DNA from: Octopus vulgaris
Taxonomy: Eukaryota
Assembly (NCBI GenBank): GCA_951406725.2
Contig: OX597817.1
Coordinates: 122,078,001-122,142,000 of the forward strand
DNA: 64,000 bases
Reading direction: 5' to 3'
A model generated the notes under the pieces. The model worked only from the letters and a program-made list of their open reading frames with translations, was not told the origin of the DNA and did no database searches. The position numbers and the translations under genes were made by a program. Shown one piece after another: positions 13,483 to 24,860 of the stretch; within the stretch, counting starts at the first letter, position 1; each line of letters opens with the position of its first letter.

Positions 13483-13484
<2 letters not shown>
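13035..13484 (+). mobile_element. Full-length tRNA-SINE family B with internal (TA)n and (GTAAAAGA)n tail
   Basis: Head GGCGCAGGAGCGGCCGTGTGGTAAG...GGGTTCAGTCCC; body GCACCTTGGGCAAGTGTCTTCTACTATAG; near-identical to the 45795, 48397 and 59151 copies. Confidence 0.92.
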
Positions 13485-13519
<35 letters not shown>

Positions 13520-13574
13520 TCAGTTAGGTAGGTAGGTAATAGAATCAAATATTAGGATAAATATTAGCATAAAT

Positions 13575-13935
13575 ATCATAGCTAGAGAAAGCAATCTGCA
13601 GGCACTACTTGATCTCAAATTACAAGATGAATAAAGATTTTGCTTTGAGATTCAAGAAGGTCTGTATTCAGCTTTATATAAAATGATATAACACACAGTT
13701 GGACACAAAGATTGCCTCTTTGTATCAATACTGTTTTTGTCGCTAATATTAATTGTTATTAAGCTTGCTAGCTATTTGTTATATCATTGGCTGGAAAGAC
13801 ACTGTTATTTTATGTATATTTGGCAGCGGGATATCGCTAGTATGTGGTGACTGGACAGGACACCTGCCACTGAAGAAGCGTAGTGTGCTGAAATCACGTG
13901 GTCGGTCCGTTCCGACGTTCATGCCAAATGATTAT
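13575..13935 (+). mobile_element. Decayed PLE 3' end with HHR-like motif in a long hairpin
   Basis: GCCA-CUGAAGA-AGCG-uagug-UGCU-GAAA-ucacg-UGGU (13866-13902), enclosed by ATTTGGCA (13818)/TGCCAAAT (13929). Upstream is a weak GIY-YIG C-terminus-like frame LRFKKVCIQL..NTQLDTKIASLYQ. Confidence 0.45.
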
Positions 13936-14133
13936 CATCTGTTACGATATATGTTTGTGCTTTGAATCACTGATTATTTATGAGAGGACGTCTCAATGCG
14001 AATACTACATTATTCGTCGTTCTAACAAATGCACACACAAGCGCGCACATACTTACACGCACATATACACATATACAGTTATATATACATACATAAATAC
14101 ATACACATTATACATTTATACAAACGTACGTAA

Positions 14134-14167
<34 letters not shown>

Positions 14168-14719
14168 GAGTGTATGTGCGTATATGTTTGTTGAATATTT
14201 AGATTAATGCGATTATTCGAGTTGGTTGCCTATCTTTTGAGATTACATATATCTGCCAATAAACACTTTCCTCTCTTCTTTGTAGATAAAAGAACTGCAA
14301 ATTGCATTTTTCAATAGTTTGGCCAATCTGGAATGAATCCTGAACACCATATGTACAAAATATCATTTAAGTGTTAATGTCTGCAAATACTTCTGTTGTG
14401 TGTCAGTGAGCGTTTTTATGAAAATGTTTACGAATGAATATGGTTTGTCGAACATGTATCGTTTATCTTTAAATTATACTCAAACGATTATCCTCCGTAA
14501 AAAAGTCAAATGCAGTAGCACAACCTCATTTCAGAATTGTAAATATTTAAACATTCTTCTGTCTGTAAAACGAAAGCAAATAACTTAAATCGCTATCAAG
14601 TGAGTGCAATATAACAAAGAAAACGAAATGTGCTCACGTGGAAATAATGTGATAAGAAAAAAAAATTAACATTACAGAATCTCTTTACGATTTGATGATG
14701 AATTGATAAAGTAAAATAT

Positions 14720-14756
<37 letters not shown>

Positions 14757-15611
14757 AAGAAAGAGAGAGAGAGAAACGCGAATCAACGAATCGATGTAGT
14801 GATCTATAATGTGTGTAAGCTTCTGAGACTATCATATCAGTATGTAATCTATCGATTAATCAGCGGGCTAGTCATAGAACAAATCTGTAATATCTGCCTA
14901 CATCACCCAGAAGGTTGTGTTTGTTTATTCATTTATTGAATATATCTAATAATGCCGTCAAAAATACAATCAGATCAATCTCCAATGCAATGTGAAGAAG
15001 TAATAAAAAAGCAAAAAAGAAAGAAAATTCCATTTGTTTCGATTGTCAGCGAATTTATTTTGTATTTCGGTGGTGACCGATGAGTTTGAGGTTATAAAAC
15101 TTAAACGATGAATGAAATTATTTGGACCAGTAAATTATAATATTACAAATGTTGTAAGAACCATTATCTGAAACGTGACATAAGGTGACCACCATTGTAA
15201 TAGCCACAACACCGACTGATGCTTTTGAAATTTCGATAAAACTGTTACTGTCAATAACGTTAAACAATTTAGAAAAGATTTAACGCAATGGCAATACCAT
15301 CATCTGTTTTTTTTTTTGTTTTTTTTGTCTGGGTGTGTGTCTTTTTTTATATTTTTGTAGAATTCAGCCACATGTCAAAGTACCAATGTGGAACATTTTA
15401 TGATGCAAGAAATTAATAGAACTATATAACGCGAAATTTCAATTTACCAGACTACATAAACATACAAAGTTGTCCGGAATAAACAGCATGAAAATTTTAT
15501 GTAACGTTAGGTTTCAAGTAGCATACATTTCCCAGTGTATACTTTAATTTTATGGACTGATTGATCAAAGAATATCAGCCTGTCTGTTGTGGGTGATATA
15601 TACGTATATGT

Positions 15612-15659
<48 letters not shown>

Positions 15660-17559
15660 CTTTTCATCATTTTTTCTGAACCAATTTCGGTTTCATGGAT
15701 TACACGGTTCGTGTAATGTTTTTGCACAGACCATACACATTAAAGAGATAATAGACACAAAATAAAAAAATATATATAAACAAAATGAGATTACTACTAT
15801 CAATCTAATTATATCTCTGTGACAGAAATTCTTTATTTGTTGTAAAATACCTAACGTTGAACTAGAATATATCTGAGCGTTTTGAAATGTTATTTTTATC
15901 TTGTTTTATAGATACAGCCGTGGTTCTATGTACACTTAGAGCATTACTTGTCTTTGTCTAATTTATGATGAAACGCTAGAGTTAGCAAAGTATTCACTTT
16001 ACACAATCTTTAGTGGTTAAATTAATTTGATTCTAGCAACAGCTGGATCCCTTGCTTCTAATAAATTGGATTTATTGCATAGAAGATTTACGTTACAGAA
16101 TACTGATTTTTGATACTTTAATCGATCTTAAGCAGATAATTAGTTTCCTCTGAATTTTATAATCATTATTTGTAATAGCAAGTATAAGAGTAGCGGTAGA
16201 TTTGCAGTAATAGCAGTGATTATTCTGTTTGATAAACGATCATTGGTTTCATAGGATAAATACTGCAGAGACTGTGGGGAAATGTTCACGCAGTTCTGAT
16301 AATGCAGACATCAATTAAGACTCTGTTGATCGTGTTTTATATATAGTATATGTTATTTTGAGGATCTTAACTCCCTGAATGTCTGCTTGCTCTTCTATCT
16401 CTCTTTCCTCCTCTTTCTCACTAACCGCTGTATTTAGTACTGAAATATAACAAATCAGTCATCAATATTTATGAGCTAGTGTTGCTTAAAACTTGCTCTT
16501 AGCATTAACGTTTTATAGTTCGAAACATTTCGGAGTAAAATCAAACACAGATAAAATTCTGTTATAAGAATATGAACTTTTGGTTTTCAGAACTCGGAAC
16601 CAACTTGTATGTAAACATATCATATATTTTACAAGAGACAGAATTGATACCTTCACTTGGAGTGCCGAAGAATCTCTTAAAGCAAACGATTTTATATTCT
16701 GTTATCTAGCCACATACGAATCTGACTCAAACTGAAAAATTTAGATTCTATTCCCGATATCATGAAATACCTTAGGTTATATATTACTAAGTAATGTTAC
16801 TCATGATTCCAATGCATTTTATATTCCCTATCACAAATGTCGGCAATAAAACTTTAATCAATAGATTATTCGCCTTCTTATATATAAAATTAACATCCTT
16901 CAGCAAAAGTTACAAAGCGAATAGTAATAGTACGAGATTCCAATACGGAATGATGTAAATGATATAAAATGATATAAAATAATATCGTGGGATTGTTGGA
17001 TTTCTCGTATTCACTAGGAATACTGTTTTCTGAGTTTGTTCTAGAAGGAGGATCTGTGCTCCTGACCTTCGATATACTCCAGGATCAGTGAGATTGAAGC
17101 GCTCGCTGTTCCAATTGAACTGTTGCAAATTGATAACTGTATTAAATATATGTGTTAAGAACAAAAGTTCAGTGTTCACGGTGCTGGCAATTGCTAGTAG
17201 TGGTTATAAAATAAAATACAGTAAAGAGACCAGAACATTAGTGTGCCAGTGGCTGGTGTGTACTTGTTAATAATAATTTCATGTCAATCACACTTTCTGT
17301 ATGCATTTTATAAATTGAAAACAATTTGTAGGTTAACGTTATGGATGTTTCTCTCTCTCCCCCCCTCTCTCTCTCTTTCTCTCTTTCTCGTGTTTATGGG
17401 GATATTGCTTTCGAAGTTCATACGATTTGTATGTGTAAACTTCAGCAAAGCCATGAAAATTCACGTGTTACATTGAACGAATTGACACTTTGTTTGGTGA
17501 CCTAGTAAAAACTAAATAATTCTATCAAATAAATTTAAAGTTATTCATTAATCGACAGA

Positions 17560-17730
17560 CCAATGATCAAGAGTATTCCATTTATGAAAACCACATCTTT
17601 GTAGATAAAATATATCTAGAATAATCATTATCTAATGCGTCTTCTTTTAAAAAAGCAGTCGAGTAGGGTTATCAATGTGATTTGACTGATATTTGTATAT
17701 AGGCCGTACGACTACAGAGACTTTGTTCCA
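17560..17730 (-). repeat. Copy of an old unclassified dispersed repeat
   Basis: Degenerate blocks (ATGATCAA..G.ATTCCA; TTATCyAAyG.GT; GATTTGACTGaTATTT) recur at ~10790-10920, 31230-31390, 34420-34530, 52870-53050, 57040-57190 and 61630-61665. Confidence 0.45.
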
Positions 17731-18769
17731 GGCTCCAGAAATGTTAACTGGATAAGTTGATTGACATTTCCTGTTTGTATAGACTTTTTCATATTCTTGT
17801 ACAAGAACAACTCTGATTAATTTACTACAGTTGAAGGAACAACTTTAGGGGACTTAACAAGTGTCATTGTCCTCAAAATAGAAGTACCGTATTCAGATAT
17901 CTATTCCATTACAATGCAACAGGATTGGTAATATAATTAATGTTATCTGTGATGTGTAAGTGTATTTTATTGATTTATAGATGATCAACATATTTCAGAT
18001 CTGATACCAATACATAATTTCAAATGAAACAAAAAATCTATGAAAACAATAAACGCATATATGTGTGCGTGGGTGTCTGTCTGTCTGTCTGTCTGTATGT
18101 ATGTATGTATGGATGGATGGATGGATGGATGGATGCACGGAAAGAAGTTCAACTTTAAGAAATTAATACAAATATACATAGTATCAGAACGTAAAGACTT
18201 ACCATAAGAACTTTAAAAAATGCGATTATATTTCTTCTTAGGTAAGAACTTTTCAGCCACGTCTTAACCGGGTGTGTGTTTGTGTACATGTGTGTGTATG
18301 TGTGTGTGTGTGAAATAAACACAAAGATACGAAAGAAATATATGGTTTCATATAAATGACAGAGTAATGTTAATCAGATTTATCTGGAAGCTAGAACAAG
18401 CTGAGCTACATATCAGGTTTGAGAATAGTAAATTAGTGACACAGCAAAATGTCTAAAGTCGGTTTTAAGTATAATAAATGCGCTTGTAAAATCAAAGATA
18501 AAGTTGTTTCAGTTGCTACATAAGAAACTAAATACAAAAAACAAAAATACACATACTGGTAATAGATAGTATACTATAGGGAAATTGTTAAACAATAAAA
18601 TGAAATAAAACCATTGCTGATATATACTTATGAGAGTAGTGAGAACACCACCCCGCATAATAACGAAAGCTTTGGTTATTATATATTGTAGTTAATACTT
18701 GTATCTCTAAAAAGGTGGACTAACCGGACAAAATCTTATTGATTTATCTTTCTTTAATATTTTCAGCAA

Positions 18770-19132
18770 TCTTTTACTTGATTCAGCTTGAGCACAACCT
18801 TAAAGGGTTTTAGTTGAATTAGTTGAATGAATCGGCCACAGAAATTACATGTTTTAGGCCCTACTGCTAAGTTATGGAGACGTAAACTAACAAACGCCGG
18901 CTATCAAGTGTTGGTGGAGGACAAACACAAACGAAAAGCCACACACTCAGACAAATACACACACACATATATGGTAGGCTTGATTTCAGCCACCGTTTAC
19001 CAGATCCACACTCAAAGTATTGGTCGGCACAAGGTTATAGTGAAGAGGCCCAAGGTTCCACTCAGTGAGACTGACTCGGACCATTTAAGTGGAGAGCAAA
19101 ATATCTCACCACACAGCCACATATGCGCCTAT
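18770..19132 (-). mobile_element. Decayed tRNA-SINE family B
   Basis: CCACACAGCCACATATGCGCCTA head, CCAAGGTTCCACTCAGTGAGACTGA, TACCAGATCCACACTCAAAG (reverse complement of family B). Confidence 0.8.
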
Positions 19133-19145
19133 AAGAGGTTTATAT

Positions 19146-19252
19146 TTGCAGCATCTAGTTTTCCCAACCGGTCGCCCATGTAGGTACTAACAAGGATCGA
19201 CGTTGCTTAACTTTAGTGATCTGACAGGAACTGGTGTTTACGACGTGTTATG
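19146..19252 (-). pseudogene. 5S rRNA pseudogene / 5S-derived fragment
   Basis: Minus strand CATAACACGTCGTAAACACCAGTTCCTGTCAGATCACTAAAGTTAAGCAACGTCGATCCTTGTTAGTACCTACATGGGCGACCGGTTGGGAAAACTAGATGCTG aligns by eye to metazoan 5S (box A AGTTAAGC, box C ATGGG.GACC). About 9 nt are missing at the 5' end. Confidence 0.88.
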
Positions 19253-20483
19253 TATGAAAGATAATTTCTTAAGATGTTGTAGCGGTATGCAGTTTTGCTT
19301 TGATGTAAGACAATGCATATCAATGATTTCTACTGTTTTTACGGTAAACAATGCCTGATACACATTACATTATATTTCTAAAAATAATGAACGAATTCTC
19401 TATATAATAAAAAATATAATTTTGCCAAGGAAATATCCTTTTACTCCTTTATTTCAAAAACAAGGTTATAAAACTTTGTGTAATTGAAACTGATATGATT
19501 CGAAATCTCCGTTATTTTTAACCCAAAAGTTTATGTAAATAGACACGTGTATAAATAAGAAACTTATGCCAGCCATTAAGAAATTCTAATGCGATAGTAA
19601 AACACCTACTGACAGTTAACTACGGTGTTGTATTGTAGATCTTACCCGCCCAGAAAGAATGATAGTTTTATGAGCTACTGACAGACTGATATTAAGAAGA
19701 AAATGAGTAACAGATAAGCATTTTATATTATATTGGTGGTAGCCGGTAAGATGCAGAAGATGCTCCGAATTCCAAAATGAATAGGCAGTCGTTCTTATAT
19801 GTGTTTTATTTCTAAAAGAGTATCAAATAGATCTAAGTATTTCACTGTGTGTGTACAAACACACTCTCTCTCCCTCTCCCCCCTTCTCTCTCTCTCACAC
19901 ACACACACAAGCATTAGAAGGTGTGGATTCACGAACTCCTCTAAGTGACCCGGTTAACAGTTCACAAAATAAATGCAGGGAAGTATAATCTAGAGGACCG
20001 GGGTATTTCTTTTCCTCTTTTCTTAGATGCTCCTCTAACACGGTAACCTGAGCATTAACACAATATGAATTCACCCACAGTCTTAATATCAAAAGTTCCT
20101 TTATAAATTATTAGTTGTCTTTCGTATAGGTTTCAGAGATGTATAGAAAATTGTGACACGAAGCAAAACTTCTACGCAAACATTCCAGTAAGAAAATAAA
20201 TGGCAAATTTTCATTCATAACTCAATCATGCAACTATAGACATATGAATAGACTTCATTCGCTTGAAAATCATGCAGGCATAGGAAATCATGCAGGCATA
20301 GGAAACCTAATTCAATTATTTGGTGTAACAGAAAATATACAGTCTTAGCTTGAATATGTTTCATTGTCAAGCGGATAAAACAAGCGGAGTGTGTGTCTTT
20401 TAAAGATATAATTGGCAAATTCGTGACAGCTTTAAGATTTGCAATTTATGGCAAAATTATAGTATATATGTGCGTATTTATGT

Positions 20484-20536
<53 letters not shown>

Positions 20537-20544
20537 CGTGTATA

Positions 20545-20595
<51 letters not shown>

Positions 20596-21663
20596 CTATC
20601 TACCTATACATCAACACACTCACTCATATATGTGCGTGCGTGTGTGTGAGAGACAGAAAGGGAGAGAGAGAAAACGCAAGTAGCTTTCATGAAGCTAATT
20701 TTGTTGGTAAAATTTCTTTTAATGACCGAATAAATAACATAGTTTGTTTCCTTTCGCTTGAAAAACAGGGGAGGCTTTGAAATATTGAAATATATTGATT
20801 CCAAATGATTTATCTCAGCTTTCTTTCTTCTAAGTATATGTTATTAAAATGTATAAAAACTAAACGTATAAATTTCTGCCAAAAATATTATCCTACATAC
20901 TACTTCATATTCCCTTATAAAAATATATTTCATAGTAAGCTTGTGACTTTTAGTAGCACAATAAGCTAAAAGAATTTTAATTGTGTCGGCTGTTACAAGA
21001 TGAATATATTCTTATTTGCTTAAACTAAATACATTGCATTTTAATTTCTGAAGTGTGACAATATAAATCTATTATATATTGCATGCGTATATGCATGCTT
21101 GTTTGTGTGTGCGTATAATTCAGTGAGCTGATACCACATGTGGAATTAACTTTAGAAATATAGCAAACTAGTGAACAATGCTTGCTGAAAAGACTATGTA
21201 TGGATTCAATGTAGCGTCTGTTTTACAGTGGGAAAATATATATTAAGTTTAATGCTCATTTATTCAATACTCGATGAATAGAAAGCGCCCATCTGTTGAG
21301 AAATATAAAAGAAAATCTCCTAACCGGAGTGAAATGAAGAATAGCCGTAACGGCGTCAGTCAGTATACAATGACCACAGTAGTAAATATGCACGACCCTG
21401 ACGTTTAAGGCACTAGTTCTGCTGATCAATAACTTCAGTGTGAGAGGCTGAATATTGAATGCAAAGAAATACGAATTACAACATTTCAAATGCAGCCTGC
21501 CCTGGATACATTCCAGTTAAATTATTTGACTTCTTCAATTCCAGGACCATAGCAGTGATGTTCAACTCTTAGAGTTAAGCATGCAACACAAAAAGATCAA
21601 AATCCATGATGACTATGTCAGTAATTATAATTTAATGCCTGCTCCTCTACATACCCATGTAAT

Positions 21664-21895
21664 GGAGGCGCGTGTCTTGGTGGTTAAGGTGTTGGCCCAA
21701 TGAATGTAAGATTGTGGTTTCGATTCCTGGACCGTCCAATGCGTTGTGCTCTTGAGCAAAACACTTCATTTCACGTTGCTCCAGTTCACTCAGTTTGCAA
21801 AAATGAATAATCCTGCGTCCCGTCCAAGTGGGAAATATATATGCCATGGAAACCTGGAAACCATCCCCATGAGTCAGGAAGGAACTTTACTTCAG
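21664..21895 (+). mobile_element. tRNA-derived CORE-type SINE (tail Z)
   Basis: A/B boxes, then CTTGAGCAAAACACTTCATTTCACGTTGCTCCAGTTCACTCAG..GCAAAAATG, resembling the CORE domain. Confidence 0.75.
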
Positions 21896-21911
21896 TTACT
21901 TATTCATGTTA

Positions 21912-21945
21912 TACGAGGGGTGTGTGAAAAGTTTTGAGCCTTGAA
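21912..21945 (+). mobile_element. Isolated mariner-type TIR
   Basis: TA-CGAGGGGTGTGTGAAAAGTTTTGAGCC, related to the TIRs at 39357/39574. Confidence 0.5.
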
Positions 21946-22089
21946 GTCTTGTACCTTCAACAAAAGTCTTGTACTGTTTTGTTTTGTTTTTGAGGCTCAA
22001 GACTTTTCATACATCCTCCCGTACATATTACTTTTAATTGTGTGGAATTTTAACTGCAGTGGTATACAAATATATTTATATCTTATTAT

Positions 22090-22555
22090 CTTATATTCAA
22101 TACGGTTGTCATGCCTATCCTCAACTATAATGATCAGTATTGAGTAATAACTGAAATAACACGATCGTGAATGCAGGCAGCCAAATTGGAGTGGCTCCTG
22201 AGGATCTCTGAAGTAACGTTATTCGATAGGAGGATGCCTAGCACGGAGATCAGGTTATTTCTCAATATCAAGTCCTACTTCTCCACACTAAGAGGTCACG
22301 GCTCCGGTACTACGGACGTGTAATTAGAATGTTTCAGGAAAGAATCGCAATCAACCAAAATGAGATCTAGGGATATATAACAAAAATCAGATGCTTGGAT
22401 TATATCCATAGTCTCTGTCGGTCACGATTGGGAATCCAGCCAGAAATTGTAATAATGATTGCTTTAATTAGGGCTCCAAGACGAAGGTACCTAAAGAATA
22501 TGCTTTCCACAAGCCTCCAAGGACCAGTGTATCGAGAAGATGGATGCCTGGATGG
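22090..22555 (+). mobile_element. RTE-clade (Expander/Rex3-like) LINE 3' end, decayed
   Basis: Frameshifted translation FNTVVMPILNY...TRS.MQAAKLEWLLRISEVTLFDRR..STEIR...LLHTKRSRLRYYGRVIRM...CLDYIHSLCRSRLGIQPE; ends in GATGGATG..GGATGG. Confidence 0.82.
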
Positions 22556-22709
22556 TTTCAGTGAGTAAGAGAAGGTTTAAGAAGCATAAATTAAGCCTAT
22601 GTGAAAAATAGACCTTTTGAGTAAACGCCAAAATTCTTTGTGCGAAATAGAGAGATCAACTTCATTAGCTTTGCTTGTTTTCACGTTAATCAAAAAGTAG
22701 TCGTAGTCA

Positions 22710-22760
<51 letters not shown>

Positions 22761-23049
22761 CAGCAGCAGCAGCAGTAGTTCCTGTTGTTGTTTTATTAAG
22801 TACCTCTAAACAAAATTACCATGACAGAAACTCTTATATTTGGTTTGTGGGGGTGGGGGTGGAATTCACTCTTTATATCGCTATCAGAAAAACAAATCCC
22901 AGTTTATATCGCTAGGAGGTAGATAAACAAAAGTCATTTAGCACCAAAATCCAATCTGAGTGTTTCTGTCATGGTATCTACCGCAGTATAATTTGTTGTA
23001 ACAGAACATCCACGTTTAAGTGTGTGTGTGTGGAGGGAATATTTATTTT

Positions 23050-23455
23050 TTTATTGCTCACAAGGGGCTAAACATAGAGGGGACAAACAAGGACAGATAA
23101 AGTGGATGAGTCATTTACATTGACCCCAGTGCGTAACTGGTACTTAATTTATCGACCCCGAAAAGATGAAAGGCAAAGTCGACCTCGGCTGAATTTGAAC
23201 TCAGAACGTAACGGCTAACGAAATACCTATTTCTTTAATACTCACAAGGGGCTAACCACAGAGAGGACAAAGAAAAACAGACGAACGGATTAAGTCGATT
23301 ATATTCCGACCCCAGTGCGTAACTGGTACTTATTTAATCGACTCCGAAAAGGTGAAAGGCAAAGTCGACCTCGGCAGAATTTGAAAACGTAGCGGCAGAC
23401 GAAATACCGCTAAGCATTTCACCCGGCGTGCTAACGTTTCTGCTAGCTCGCCGAC
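23050..23455 (-). mobile_element. tRNA-SINE family M with a tandem second 184-bp unit
   Basis: Two copies of CACAAGGGGCTAA...GACCCCAGTGCGTAACTGGTACTTA...GAAAGGCAAAGTCGACCTCGGC, 184 bp apart; complete head only at the 23455 end. Confidence 0.9.
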
Positions 23456-24478
23456 TTGGGGGTGGGGGGAATATTGCCTCTTGGTCTGAAAGGGTTTGGA
23501 AGAAGTTGTTTTCCTTTTACGTTGTGGTGCTGTTTTGGGGAAAGGAATTATTTTTGTGTCAATTTATTTTTATTAAATTGAATGGCAGATATCCTTTTCA
23601 TTCAGAATACGGTCAGTCACATATATATATCAGTGATACTGTCTTAATAATCTATATAACTTATAATAGGAATTAGTGGTTTATAGTGAACAAAGCAATC
23701 AATTTTTTAGTTTCTATTTACTGTATCCTTCTTAAACAACATATGTTTGAAAAATACTTTTCCTTTTCCTTTTACTGTTCTTGAATCTTAGTGAATTTAT
23801 CGCTGACTCAGTTCTGTTAAAATATATCCAATATATATGAATAATGAATGTAGCTGTGTGTTTATTACAGTGAAGATGATAAATGTACAATTAAAAATTC
23901 ATTGCTTTGCAGCTGGATGTCATTGTATTTTCTCTAAAGTTTGAGTCTTCAGCGAAAATGACATCATATTAAGAGACAAACTCTACATTACTTCTTAGAA
24001 ATCAAAATGTATTAGCAGATGATTAAATAATACCTCATTATATTTTGAATGTGATTTAAACGAACGACAAATAACTGGTGTTATATTTTATAACAAACGT
24101 TATTCTACTAACTGAAGATAAGTAAATTTAATAGCTTCGAGTTATATGCTTGTAATATGAAACTCAATTTGTTTTGTGTTGACTTCATGAGAATTATTCT
24201 GGTCTAGGTATTGCTTAATGTATAAATCTATATATTATTGTAAAAAAGAAATACTACATAATTGTTAGATTTGATTAGAGATTTCAAAAGTTTACAGTAC
24301 TATATTGTGATGAGGGAAAGGCTTACTTATGTTGATTTAACATATTAACATTCTATGAAAACACAATCTGTATTAAGGAAACGAATCGGTGAATTTTAGG
24401 ACTGTGATTTGACGTGTATCAAACTAAAATGGGATGCACTTGGATATACTTATGCGTCAGTATTATATCGTACATTAA

Positions 24479-24860
24479 GGCGGTGATCTGGCAGAATTGT
24501 TACCGCGCTGGACAAAATGGTTAGCAGCATTTTTCCGACTTCGCGGTCTGAGTTCAAATGCCGCCAGGGTCGACTTTGCCTTTCATCCTTTCCAGTTTGA
24601 TAAAATAAGTACCGGTTGAGCACGACTTACCACCACCCTTGGAGTTGCTGGCCTTGTGCTAAAATTTTAAATCAATATTGTATTATACATTAATGAAGCG
24701 AGCTGATAGAAACGGAAGCGTACCAAACAAAATGCTTAGTGACATTTCGTCCGTCTTTACGTTCCGAATTCAAATTCGGCTAATGGACTTCGCCTTTCAT
24801 CCTTTTTTGTCCCGATAAAATAATTACCAGTCAAACACTGGGGTCCATGTAATGGAATAA
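24479..24860 (+). mobile_element. Two adjacent family-M SINE copies (24479-24680, 24695-24860)
   Basis: GGCGGTGATCTGGCAGAA...GAGTTCAAAT...GTCGACTTTGCCTTTCATCCTTT occurs twice. Confidence 0.8.

Noticed and set aside
17045-17087. 43-nt AG...GTGAG exon-like segment
   Set aside because: Splice-like signals only; no supporting neighbouring exons or recognisable peptide.
21274-21408. Short ORF MNRKRPSVEK...HDPDV*
   Set aside because: In-frame stop just upstream, no convincing acceptor, no recognisable homology.
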